The translations under genes and the position numbers were made by a program. Under the pieces are notes generated by a model that was given only the letters and a program-made list of their open reading frames with translations, was not told the DNA's origin and did no database searches. This document shows positions 39,566 through 58,419 of a stretch of DNA of 64,000 bases, piece after piece; within the stretch, counting starts at the first letter, position 1, and each line of letters opens with the position of its first letter. Origin of the DNA: Neodothiora populina (Eukaryota); NCBI RefSeq assembly GCF_041146345.1, contig NW_027191404.1, positions 2,108,001-2,172,000 of the forward strand, in the 5' to 3' direction.

Positions 39566-40866
39566 TTTGTGAAGTTTATGAAGAGGTGGAGGGGGAGGGG
39601 AGAGGAGGATATAACAGATTTAGAGGGGGCGGCGGCGTGGCGAAGAAGAGGCAAAGGAATAATAGTATTGGGTGTAATAGTGTGTCGCCGTGAGGGCGAG
39701 ATTGAGAGAACAATCTTGGACGGAACAGGGTGTGATACGCTGGCTGGCTATATGTCGCAAGCAAGCACGCACTGCAGAACCCAAGCCTCTTGTCAAGCGC
39801 GCCCGAGATGGCTGGCGGGCGATGATTGGATCGGGTTGCCGACAAAGCAATCTTGAATGCGAGGGAGAATTAAGGTCGAGGCTGCAGAGAGTAGTGTGGA
39901 GAGTGATGAGGGCAACAACAGTCACGAAAGGAACAGTCGATACAATTCAAATTGTACAACAGAACAGGGCAGAATAACAGCACGGCGGCAACATTCATCT
40001 GTCACAGCACAGCTGCGTTGCTCTTCTTGATGCTCAAGTCACTCGTCCCCCCGCGGCAGAATAATCAAGGGTCAGAGCGTCGTTTGTCGAAGAGGCTGGC
40101 GCAATGATGATCTGTTAGAAAGACCGCTTCTTGATCAATTCTCAGTCACGCGAAGCCAACTGTCTCGAAAGGCGTCGATCGGCAATGATGTTCCCACCGA
40201 GATCTTTGACCGGATTACAACTCCTGCGTCACGATCAATTTGAATCACAGCTGCTGCCCATCATACTTGACACCGGTATACAATGAGGCAGGACAGGTAC
40301 GGTCCTCGATGGAGCCGAGCAAGCTTACTACCTTCCAGGTTACCTTAAACCTACCACTGCACGAAACAGGTCTCGCGTTCTTTAGTGCGTCATACCTCGC
40401 TGTGACGCCGACACCATCTACGATCGAGTCAAGACGCTCTGCACCGAATGCTTAATCCATGTACACCTAATATATTGCTGTTGGCACGAGTGAACATCTG
40501 GCCGTTGTGACAGCAGAGATTCACGTCGTCTAACCGGACCCTGCTCTTCCCTATTGTTATCAACTGCTGTCATCAGAGTGCATTTGCTTTTTGCTACATA
40601 TAGATCCACAAACGTGTGCAGTGTTATTGTGCAACGTCCTTCACTCGAAACATACTGCGAATTAATTATACTCATGCACACGACCAATCCTGGGAGCTAC
40701 CACTTATAGATGCGACCGTAACCACTGGTTCCACAACCACATAGCGTCCCGGGTCACCGGTTCACTGCTACATCTGGCGCAATGCTAAACGGTTAATCGA
40801 TATAGCAAACATCGTGACCCAATCGTTACATGCCACGCGACTGAGGATCAGTACAATTGCTGCTGA

Positions 40867-43800
40867 TCAGAGCGCCGCAATGACCGATGCCCACTTCTGT
40901 TCATCTTTCCTAGTAGCACCAATAAGTCAGTCTTGCTCGCTTAAGAAAGGCAACGTAAGATCACTTACTTGTCGAAATGCAGAAGCATGCCCAGCACGGG
41001 CACGAGCTGCAGCTGGTGCTTCTTGTCTTTCTGCTCTAGAAATTGCAGAAGCACGTTCTTCAGGTAGACGTAGTCGATGTTAGATTGTGCATCTGGGCCA
41101 CCAGTTGCTGCGAACCCTGCTCCGTTCCTTGCCCGCGGTGTGGGTGAGCTGACCCGCGAAGAGTCGATTGAAGATCGTGCAGATGGTAGACTTCCCTGGC
41201 GAGGCCCTCTAGAACCACTCTGCCAAGAGCGAAGCTCTTCTGCCATGGCTTTGGAAGACTTCTGCAGCTTCTCGAGTCGCTGCTCCTTATCCTCGAGTGC
41301 CTTGCGCAGCTCGGACTTTTCCTTTTCGTAGTCACGCGATTGGCGCTCGCCTTCGTCCATTGCATCGCGAAGCTGTGCCATGGCTACGCGCACTTCGGTA
41401 ACTTCCTCCTGCGCTTGTGCGGCCCGTCGCTCAAGTTGCTCCTTCTGTGTGTGAAAGGTCGATTCTTTCCGCTCGAAGCCTTCCCGTTCTTCCAGCACAC
41501 GACTGAGGCTTCTCTCCGCGTCACGCAGCTTGTTCTTCAAGTCTTCTAGTTCTCGTGCACGTCTTCGGCCGGCAGTGCTGGCTTCCTCCTCCGCACGATC
41601 TCTTTCCTCGACTGCAAGGTCTAGTCGCTCACGCATTTCCTTCACTCGTGCTTCAGCTCGGCCTTCGACATCGGCGAGTAGCCTACGCATCGTTTCGCCC
41701 TCACGACTCCTTTCGCTGAGTAAGCGGTGGGCGTCTGCGAGCTCCTCCTCGAGACTTTCGCATCGTTCCTTCGTTTCTTTCATCTGTGTCGCAAGCTCCC
41801 GAGTCTGATCCTGCATACTGTCCATCAAGCTTTGCGAGCTAGATTGCTTTGCGGATGTCAGCTCGAGCTCATCCTTCAAGCTCTTGCCCTCACGCGTTAG
41901 TTGCTTGACCTGCTTCTCCAGATCTTGTAACCTCTCGCGAGATCGTTGAAGATCATCCTGTGCCTTTGTGAGATCCTTGGTAACCTTTGCGTTGGCCTCT
42001 TCCATCTCCTTGCGTGAGCTCTCGGCACGCTGTAGATCCTTCTGTGCCTTGACAGATGTTTTCTCAAGGGCTGTCTTGCTCTGATTGCTTTGCTTCAACT
42101 TGTCAGTCAAGGATCTGATGTCAGCGTCCTTTTCCTGCGCCTGTGATTTGTGGACTGCGATTTCGGACCGCAGATCCTTTTCTTTCATCTCAAGCTTACG
42201 TATCGTTGCCGTCGTAGTGTTCAGTTCCTCGCGGACTGTTTTTAGTTGGCTTGCTTCGGAGCGCAGAGTCTTGAGCTCTGGCTGGATCTTGTTAAGGTTC
42301 TCTCGGAGTGCGGTAAGGTCCTTGAATCTTGTTTGTGCCAGTTCATTGGCGGCAGCCAAGTCGGTCTGTAAGGATGCTGCCTTGGATTTCAGCTCGTCGA
42401 AATCAGCAGTCAAAGTGCTATATTTCTTGTCAGATTCCGCGGTTTTCTCAACAGAAGTTGCTTTTAGAGCGGCAAGCTCCTTCTCGAGCGCGGCATTGGC
42501 CACGCTCAATGCCTCCTTCTCAGCCTCCACAGCCTTGAGCTTCTCTTCGAGTTCTTGAGATGCCGAACCCGACGCTTTCAATGCTTCGAGTTCTGCTGTA
42601 AGCTTCTCCTGCTCGGCAGTCTTGTCCTTGTACTGCGACTCGGAAGCATCGCATTTCTCTTGCAAAGCCTTGCACTTTTCCTTGAGAGATTTTAGTTCTT
42701 GGGCGTGCTCATCGTCCCTCGATCCGTTTCTTGTGCGCATTTCTTTGAGTTGGTCCTTGGCCGCCACGTGCTGATTGCCAATCTCCATCAAGTCGTCTTT
42801 CAGACCTTCTATTTCTTCTCGAAGCTCTTCTTCGCCCTTCAATTTGTCCGCCAGCTGTTCGATCCGCGTCTGCTTCTGATCGATTGAGGTCTTTAGCTTG
42901 GCTATCTGCGACTCCTTCTGCTTGACGGTGTCCTCGAGCTGCTTGATCGCCGCGGAAGACTCCTCGTTCGCAATCGGTGTGTTGTCAGGAGCCAAGTCTT
43001 TGATCGATTTGTACACGTGCGCTTTGATGGCAGATTGCTGCTCTGGAGAAAGAACGGAATCCGAGTCAGCGGTATCCCGTTCATTAGAAAGAGCAGGGTC
43101 AGGGGTAGCAGGCGAAGGCTCGGGAGCACTATCGGCTTGAGCGTCAGCTGATGAGGCTGCAGCTGCCGCCGGCTTCTTCTTCTTTTTGTTCTTGTTCTTC
43201 TTTTTGGCAGCAGCAGCAGATGCGCTGACAGACGTTGGTGGAGCAGTCGGCTGCTCCTGAACAGCGGGCTGGTCCTTGGTTGTACTCTCTGGCGCCTGCA
43301 CAGCTTTGGGTTCAGGGATTTTGCAGCTACCACAATTCATGATCATTTTGTAAGCTTCGTCGCGCTCTCTCTCGACTTGTCGCAGGTCTGCCTGCATTTT
43401 GCCCGAGGCTGCGGCCAAGGTATGGTCAGATGCGGGCTCGACGCCATTTTTCACTATTGACGCCTTCTTGGCTTCCTCACAATCATTCATACTTCCTTGC
43501 AGTTCGGTGCGCAAGGTATCCAGGTCACTCTGTAGAGATTTGCGTGTGTTTGCTGCACCATCTAGCTGCGATCGCAAGGTCTTGACAAGGTTATCCAGGG
43601 TGTCGATGCGTTTCTTATCCGCATCCCTTGCTTCCTTGGCTTCAACATCCTGGCCAGCGGCACTCTTGCTTTCCTGCTCGAGTTTCTGGCGAGCTTGCTC
43701 TGCGGACTCTGCTTTCTCGTTGAGTTCGACGACTTGCGCCTTGACGGATTCCAAATCGGTGTTGGCCTTGACGAGTTTCTCTTCTAGCAGACGGACACGG

Positions 43801-45161
43801 GCGGGCAGGGGTTCTTTCTCCGAGCCGGAAATGGCTGCGATGGCGTCGAGTTGAGTTATAAGTTCCTTGACGGCATCCTCAGAGGATTTGCATCTTGATT
43901 CCAGGTCTGCCTTTTGTGCTTGGAAGTCCTTTCCCGCAGCGTCGCGAGTCTTGATGGCGTTCTCGAGCTCAGTCTTTTGCTGTGCCTGCTCTTCTCGAGC
44001 GGTATCTCTTGCGCTGGCAGCTTCTTCCATCTCTTTGCGGGACTGTTGCTCTCTCTCCTTGGCTTGGTCGATATGCGACTTGAGCGAGTTATTCTCAGAG
44101 TTGAGATGGTCGATCAAACGGGACTTCTCGTCGAGCTCCGACTGTAGGCGAGGAGCCTCTGTCTCGTAGGAAAAGAAGTCATCGTCCTTGGGCTTGTTCG
44201 ATTCCGCGTCGGTCTCTTTCGCGGCTTCTGCCACAGTCGAAGGGGTGGAAGTGATCGTGTCTTTGGCCAAGAGATCGTCTCGCTCCTTGCGCAATCCAGC
44301 GGCTTCATCGTATGCCTCTTTGGTCTTTTTCTCAGCGTCGTCAAGCTTCACTTTGATCGAGTCTCGGTCGCCGGTGACTCTCTTCAGCTCTTCCATGACC
44401 ATGTCGCTCCGCAGGTTCAGCTGGTTGAGATACTCGACCAGAGCGCCAGGGTCGGCGACAGAGGTGAGAGGGGTGTTTTCGCGAAGGGCAGCCTCGAAGG
44501 GCTCGATGGCGGTGACTCGGGAATGGGCGATGCGGTAGGATCTGAGCAGATCATGGTACTTTGATTCCAGCTTCTCCGCCTTGCGCAGTTTTAGACGAAC
44601 GTCTTGAGGCAAATCTCCCTCGGACGCCTTGCTCTCTCTGGCCGGCTGCTTCGGAGGCGGTGTCGGCGCATTCTCTGGCTCGGGAGCAGGAGCCTTCTCG
44701 TCATCCACTGTCCTTTCGGAAGACTGCTCTGCATCTAGAGCTGGAGTCGGACCATCTTTGGGAGGTGGCTTTGGCGTAGAAGATATGGACTGAGCGGCGT
44801 TTGCAGCGCCGAGGGAGGAAGAGGCGTCGTCGTCGTCGACTTCGAACTCTGAAGGATCCGGGCCCTTTTGTGGGATGCCGCGATCATCGTCAACGGTGCG
44901 GGCTCGACTGTTGGGTCTTCTGTTGGAGTCACCGCGAGCAAGAGGACGCGACGAGCCGGACTGGTTGCGTCTAGCCGGGGATGGAGTGTTTTGCCTCTGC
45001 TTGGCCTGTTCTTCTGCAATCTTGGTGTCCAAGAATGAATCAAGGTTGCCCTTGAGACGCTGAGGAGAAATGTCAGCATGAGGTGTTATAGTCCCAAGGA
45101 AGTAGACGACGGAGAGCAAGGTTGATATAACACATCAAGTCCGGCAACATACCTGGAACAT
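40867..45161 (-). CDS. IMH1: Long coiled-coil GRIP-domain golgin (Imh1-like)
   Basis: Exons 45161-45153 (MFQ), 45059-40969, 40909-40867; more than 1000 aa of coiled coil; GRIP motif DYVYLKNVLLQFLE..LVPVLGMLLHFDKKDEQKW. Confidence 0.88.
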
Positions 45162-45252
45162 GGTTTCACCGGAGGGCCCCAATGGGAAGACGATCACAAA
45201 GGCTTTCTATCTGTGTCTCGAGGAGGTGGACTTCATAGCGTGTATGTGGGGA

Positions 45253-45329
45253 CGCAGGCACGCAGCAGGCAGGCACGCAGCAGGCACGCAGGCAGGCAGG
45301 CACGCAGGCACGCAGGCAGACAGGCAGAC
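45253..45329. repeat. Imperfect GCAG/GCAC tetranucleotide microsatellite upstream of the golgin ATG
   Basis: CGCAGGCACGCAGCAGGCAGGCACGCAG... over about 77 nt. Confidence 0.85.
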
Positions 45330-45893
45330 AAAGGAGCTGCTTGACAAATAAAAGGGCAAGAGACAAAGGACAGAGGAGTCCAGAAAAGGAAAGAGATCAA
45401 TCTGCGAGCGAGTAATGTACAAATGCTTATAGGGTTAGAGAAAAGATACAAGTTGTCCAAAATTGAGGATCAAACATCCAACGACCGGAGCCTAAGGTCT
45501 AGTAAGGTAGCCAGCGTAAGACATAAGACCAACATCAGTATCAGCACCCCCGACTCCGCAACTCCCTAAGCCAATCTACCTATGAATCTGTCTCCTTCCC
45601 TCACTAGTCCGGGCCCGAGCCCTGAGCTGTGGCTAGAGTGGCTTTATAATGTGCTTGTAGCTTCACGGCTGCATTGGCGCCCTGTGGCTCTGTGGCTCTG
45701 TGGCGGTCGGCACTGACATGCCGATCCCACTATTTCTCGAGGTAAGGTAGAGATGCTCCGTGCACGCAGACGTCACTCGCATTTGTGACTTTATGAACGA
45801 ACCCCAATTGCAGGCAGCCACCTGAACAGTACAGGAACCCTCAGAGCTACTGTAAGGTACTGTAAGGTACCCATCCTTGACCCTTCCCTACAC

Positions 45894-45924
45894 GATCCAG
45901 ATTCCAGATTCCAGATTCCAGATT
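45894..45924. repeat. 7-bp tandem repeat (GATTCCA) x3 with partial flanks
   Basis: Units at 45900, 45907 and 45914. Confidence 0.8.
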
Positions 45925-46089
45925 TCCTATTTACGTTCCTGCCGTCTCTAGGTAAACACCTTCCTTTCTGTGCTCGTGACACCTTTCCTTTACTTTCGCA
46001 CCCCTCCTTTCTTTTCGCAATCCAAACCAGCGTCTGAACAGACACAAGATCAATCCTTGTCAATCCATGCGGTGTAGCGTGCTTTCATA

Positions 46090-47298
46090 ATGGTGTCTTT
46101 CTGGCCCTTCAAGGTGAGAAGCATAATGCCTATATGTGTATCATCCGCTAATCCATCCCAGGGTCAAGACACTTCGGCTGCCTCTTTCGAGAAGCTGCTT
46201 TCTTCCCTTTCCACCAAGATCAACAAGGAAACCGTCAAGAATGATTCACTCCGGCAGAAGCAAAGGAGATATCGAGTCCTATGGACGCTGTACACCAGCT
46301 TCGCCTACATACTCGCTGTCCTGATCCTGACCCTCGTCACTGGCTGGCAGAACTGGACCGCGATCGAGTATACCGGCTTAGCGGGCACCCCCTTGGTCAT
46401 CTATGCCGTCCGCACCGCTCTCGATGCCACCTACAATTACAGACTCACCAAGTCGCAAAACCAGCTGAACCAGCTGCACAAGGAGCGCGACGCGGCCATC
46501 ACCAAGCTCAAGGAAGCCACCAAATACAACACCACCCAGCAACTACTGGAAAAGTATGGAGGAAGCCCGCCGAAGCCTGCCGCTCTCAAGAGGAAACCCA
46601 GTGGTGCTCAGAATAAAGCGACCCCTTCCCCGAGAGTGGCACGTACTGGCATCCCTCCACCACCAACGGCGAACATTCCCGGACGTGTACCGCCCCCCAC
46701 TTTCCCTTCCGCACCACACACGTCTCCACCTTCGCCGCCATCACGGCAGCAGCAACAGCAGGAGAACGACCACCCCTCAGACCCGCAAGCCGAGTTCGCT
46801 CCAAACGCCTTCTCCGCACCTGCCCCCGCCTTCCGCCCAGCTCAAGACTACGCCTCCTCAAGCCCCAGATGGTTCGACCGCATCCTGGACGTCGTCCTCG
46901 GCGACGACGAGACCCAGCCCAAGAACCGCATCGTGCTCATCTGCAAGAACTGCAGGCTCGTCAACGGCCAGGCGCCTCCGGGCACCCAATCACTCGACGA
47001 CGTGGGCCCCTGGAGATGCATGGCCTGCCAGACACTCAACGCATCCGAGAGCCCCGCAAAGGAAATGATCCAGAAGATCGTCACGGAGGAGGGGGACAAG
47101 CACGGCGTCACGAAAACGAAGCGGCGGGCGACGACGGTGGACGGCGCGCAAGATGAGCACGACTCGTCGGATTCCTCCGCTCCTGTCGCTGTCGTCAAGG
47201 ACGAAGATAGCGAGGATGATGACCAAGACTCGATTGTTGTCGACACTGCCCCGCCTGCGGCATCGACGAGGAGCAAGGCTAAGCAGCGAAACAAATAA
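46090..47298 (+). CDS. LNP1: Lunapark (ER junction protein Lnp1)
   Basis: Intron 46114-46161; MVSFWPFKG..ASFEK.L, two TM helices, LKEATKYNTTQQLLEKYG, WFDRILDVVLG, zinc finger LICKNCRLVNG..WRCMAC. Confidence 0.92.
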   Translation: MVSFWPFKVRSIMPICVSSANPSQGQDTSAASFEKLLSSLSTKINKETVKNDSLRQKQRRYRVLWTLYTSFAYILAVLILTLVTGWQNWTAIEYTGLAGTPLVIYAVRTALDATYNYRLTKSQNQLNQLHKERDAAITKLKEATKYNTTQQLLEKYGGSPPKPAALKRKPSGAQNKATPSPRVARTGIPPPPTANIPGRVPPPTFPSAPHTSPPSPPSRQQQQQENDHPSDPQAEFAPNAFSAPAPAFRPAQDYASSSPRWFDRILDVVLGDDETQPKNRIVLICKNCRLVNGQAPPGTQSLDDVGPWRCMACQTLNASESPAKEMIQKIVTEEGDKHGVTKTKRRATTVDGAQDEHDSSDSSAPVAVVKDEDSEDDDQDSIVVDTAPPAASTRSKAKQRNK

Positions 47299-47682
47299 CC
47301 CTTCTTTTTTTGGTCATAAAAGTATATACTCCGCATCCATCAGAGATTTTGCGCGTGAAATACATTCGTCCATCTGTCTGTATACAACACTAGCAATTCT
47401 AACTCTTGCCTCGTCATCTCATGAGGTTGTACCGCCAATCAGCCCAAAAGGATGATATGTGGGAAAAGGGATAGTCGTCTCGCTGCATTGCAAAAAGGGT
47501 ATATCTACAGTAAATACATTGCAAGACATGAATCACTCTTGCCATTCTCCATCAACTTCTCAGCACAAAAGCCTTCTCATTTGTTGTCCTTCATAGGCAG
47601 TATCAGAAGAAAACAAAACACATGGACGATGCCTCAAAGCGAGGAGGAGGCCAGCCAAAGAGAACCCGAAAGAAAAGACCAC

Positions 47683-51305
<3,623 letters not shown>

Positions 51306-51401
51306 GCCTGGCCTTTTCAACATTCCTCGTAGCAACTTTCGCTAGATCTGGCTGCCTCTCGCTGTGTGCTCCTTGTGAAAGTGGTTATGGTTTGGAGGCA
51401 G

Positions 51402-51421
51402 ACGCGTCGGCGTTGACGCGA
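51402..51421. promoter_or_regulatory. MCB-like elements upstream of SMC5
   Basis: ACGCGT 51402-51407 and ACGCGA 51416-51421, about 100 bp from the ATG. Confidence 0.45.
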
Positions 51422-51874
51422 CTCCGCGCTTCTGGACCCTGACTTGATTGGGCAAGTACTTTATTGCTACACGATCGCATCCTCATCTCTCCTACACTTG
51501 GAAACACTCGATTTGGAACCACAAGCAAGATTTTCGTGAATCACCATGACTTCATATCGCATGTTTCTACTGATAGTAATATGGTACATGCTTATAAATC
51601 CAAGAAAGAGAAAAATTGGAGCTATACATAATAGCCTTTATACTCTACAGACAAATCATTAACAACATGTCTTTCCGATCAGAAGCATTTATTGCAGAGC
51701 AGCATATCGCGCTCGTTACATCCCGATATCCTCGATAAATTTCAAATGTTTTTGGTGCGTTTGACCTCCAGCCCTCTACCAAGCAGATCCACGCCGTCTA
51801 TACACCTGCGGGAATATCTTCTCCTGAACTCCTCAAGTCCGACACAAAAGGCCCTTTTCGCCGTCCGTCTTAAC

Positions 51875-54725
<2,851 letters not shown>

Positions 54726-55904
54726 TGCGCAAATAAAAATCTATACACTCTCGTCGTCGTACGTGACTCGGAAGGGAGGGAAGAAATCGAGGGGAATTTA
54801 TTATAACTCGAGAGCAGATCATGCAGCAGCTCTTTTCTTGGCTTTGCAGATAAAACGCTATAGAGAGGTCTTTTTCCGGACTTTGGCTTTTGAGGTAGAT
54901 GCAGAGATGGAAATTCGGGGAAAGGGCAGAGATTCAGATTGACGAGCCGAAGATGAGATCACGACAAGTCTATAGGAAAAACGAATGGTAAAGGGAAAAA
55001 GGAAGTAACAAACCAGAGAAGACCGTAGTGGTGGTGGTGGTTGACGAACAACTGGGGTAGGTTCTGTGCTGCTTGTACGACCCGCCGACGTCGCTGTAGC
55101 AAGCTTTTATCGCTTCAGCTTGCTTTCTTCTCTCTCTGCCCCGCGTCTGCATCCCTTGGTTTACGTGGTTTATATGGCAACTGTAGGCTAGCAGGCAGCA
55201 GATTATCTCCCAATCTAATAAGATGGTCTCCATCCTGCAACACATACACCGAGCCCGACCACGTGTGGATCGCCGACAAAATTTATCGCATACTGTGTCT
55301 CATTACTTGTTGGAAATCCTCATCATGGACACAGTACCATGATGCAGATACCATGTTGCATCTCTTCACAAGTACCTACTTGTACAAGGTAAACTCACTT
55401 TTTTCTTTTGCTCTTATCAAAGTGGCCCCGCTTGCTGCTGCTAATTCTTCGCCTTTAATGCAACCTGCCGATACCTAATCGGCTTGTTATCGGGACACTA
55501 TGATGGTCTACCAAAAGCTTTTCGCAAACATGGATAGGTAAGGTAACTTGCTGTATATTAATTGCTTGGCTTGCGTAAGAGAAGCCATTCTGTCACTACC
55601 ATCACATACGGAGTACACCCATACACAACAGAGGCGGCCTCAATAGGTGATATCAGGATGAAAGATGGATGGTCTGTCCATTTGTTGGAAGAGCTACTTC
55701 AGTCTAGCCACGTCCGTATATTTGCATTGCAAGCCAACATGTGACTGCCCGGTAATAGAGGTTGTCTCCAAGACCGTCACTCTTCTCTACATTATACACC
55801 ATGATAACGCCGTCGCTGAAAAGAAAATCGATTCTTTCGCATCCCCAATGGTTTTTCCCTTGTCGTTTCCCCCCATGCGACTGTGATCGTCTATGTCAAA
55901 TTAT

Positions 55905-57707
55905 TCATACTTCCTCGTCTTCAGATTCCGTCATCTCCTCTTCACTCTCACCCCAACCTTCGGCCTCGAGGTTGTCGCCTCTGATGCCGAAGCTGAGCAA
56001 GAGTCCAAGGAAGCTGATTCCACCGAAGAGGCCAAAAGCCAGTGCTTCTCCCTTTGGTCGCACATGTGTCGCTGCAGTGAATAACGAGCCGGACAGAAAA
56101 GGCCCGGCAGCGCGTCCTGCCGCAGAAAGGGTCTGGGCAAGTCCGTTGAGTGTGCCGAGAACTGAGTGATTCGGTGCCGAGTTCGTGATCTGTCGATACA
56201 ATGTCAGCAAATGTTAATCATCATGCCTACTAGCGAGGGCAATGCATCTTACCAGCAAAAGAGCACTTGTCAGTCCACCCACAGCTGCCACGGTCTTGAT
56301 GATCAACACGAGACCCAGTTCCGCCCATAACCAACCCTTGCCGCTGTTTGTACCCTCTCCACTTCCGTTGCGTCCATCCTTGTAGCCAACCCAAGGCATG
56401 AGCACAAACGCAACCACAAATCCGGCGAGCCCAACGCGATACGCGGTTTTGTTGCCCACCTTCTCACGTAGCTTGCCAAACACTCCGACCTGAAATACTA
56501 TTGTTACAACTCCGGCGAAGGCCAGGGACAGACCGATCTCCTCGGGCGACAAATCTCTACCGGTAGGCGCGGGTGCCTGGGCGAAGATGGGGTATAATGA
56601 GTTGTAGGAGATATTCGCAAGCTGGAAAATAAGGAAGGTCGCTAGAAGTAGAATAGTATCGCGGTTGAAGACGTCCGAAGTTGACAAGTGAACCATGTTC
56701 TCCACGCCAGGGAGGAGAGAAGTGCTTTCTGTCTCCGTGCCGTCGTTCGAGCCGTCATCGCTGGTCTCAACGTGACTCGACCCCGTCCGACGACGATGGG
56801 CTTTGTGACGTCTGTTGAAGTGTCTCTTGAGATATGATGGGCGCGTAGAGCTGGTGAATTGCCAGATCCAAGTGAACAGGTTGCTCACGCGCGCACCGAG
56901 TGGGGGTAGATCCTTGGCCTCCTCGAGTGATTCTTCCAGGAAGATCATGGTCAACACCATGTCGAGTATGAGCACGGCGCAACTGACGAAATTGGGCACT
57001 AGATATGGATATGGGTTAGGTTGTCCGCCGCTCCAAGGCTTCTCTTTGAAAACGAGCAAACCACCAAGCACAGGGCCTGTGATGCCACCAATACCATACA
57101 CAACAGGCAAGTAGGTGAAGGCGCGACTCTGATTACTTCTGTCGGTGATCTCGCCCAGACAGGTGCTGATCACGCCCTGGTTGCCGTTCACGAAACCCAT
57201 CAACGCCTGCACAAGGATAGCCTGCCACAGTGTTCGGCAGAAGCCAAAAGCAAAAAAGCAGCAGGCAGTGAGGAAGGTGCCCACCAAGACCACAGGTTTT
57301 CGTCCTATCCGATCACTCAGCCAACCCCAGAAGAAGTTGGTTGCGAACTGGGCCAGGGCGAAACTCGACGCGATCAGGCCAACGTACAATCCAACTTGTC
57401 CGTCTTTCACTTCCGGAAAAGTAGATGCCATGTCTGGTAGGTAGGGCGAAATTGAGTTCAGCGCAGTCTGTTCGGCGAGAGCGATGACTGCGAGAATGGC
57501 CAACTGGCGCGTGGGGAGTGGTGTCTCGTGATTCCTGCCATCGCCAGAGTGCGAGTCTTGATTGTCGTCATCCTGCGCGTTGTTCGAGGGACGAGGCGAG
57601 GAAGGTGGCTTGCCGCGAGATGTCGGAGGCGCGGTGGGAAATGTCTGGTAATGTGGTGTAGAAGACTGCCTTTGAGCCAGCACTGGCTTATCGGGGGGTC
57701 CTGCCAT
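55905..57707 (-). CDS. MFS transporter (DHA1/ZIFL-like)
   Basis: Exons 57707-56253 and 56189-55905; motif A WGWLSDRIGRKPV, EITDRSNQSRAF, GPVLGG, LGTLNGLAQTLSAAGRAAGP. Confidence 0.88.
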
Positions 57708-58419
57708 CAAGACAGGGAGGCTCGAATGCAAGGCACGATGAGGGTGACTGTGGTGATCGTGACGTGAGCGAGGTGAGACAGGACTCGGGCAGGGTTTTCA
57801 GACAGTCAACACGCTATAGCTTGCTTGAAGAACGAGAAAGGACAGCGAATTTCCGATCAAATAGAAAACAAGGTAGGTTTGGGCAGACGACGATTACCAA
57901 CATCCATCATGACCACCACAGGGCAATTTACGAATATCTGCAAAGCTGCTTCTACCCGCTGTCAAGAGTCTAAACCTAAAGCCTCCCGCATTTGGTGGAA
58001 TCCAGGCATGACGCAAGACTTCACCGTGAAGCCTTTTACTTTACCACTTTGTCCTACAATCCAATTGTACCTCGGATCCGTCTCCAGACTAAACCCGTTC
58101 CTGGGACGCTTGCTCGGACCCGACGGACCGGCGCAATCGCCGAGGTGGCAGGTATGTACACTACTTGCGCACCATTGGCGACCAATATACACGTCGGCGC
58201 TTTGGCGAGCAAGGCAGACTCGAACGAGAGGGTGTCATGTCTCGCAGGTGAAGGGCTAGCTTACGCGTTATCATTATTTTGATTCTGGTTGGCTCACTGA
58301 CGGGAGACTGCGACTATATAAATATATCTGGGTATCATTCGAAAATACAATCAAGGTATGTACGGCGTCAAGCAGTCCAGCTGCTATACAACACCACCCT
58401 GGCTCCAGCGCCGTTCTCG

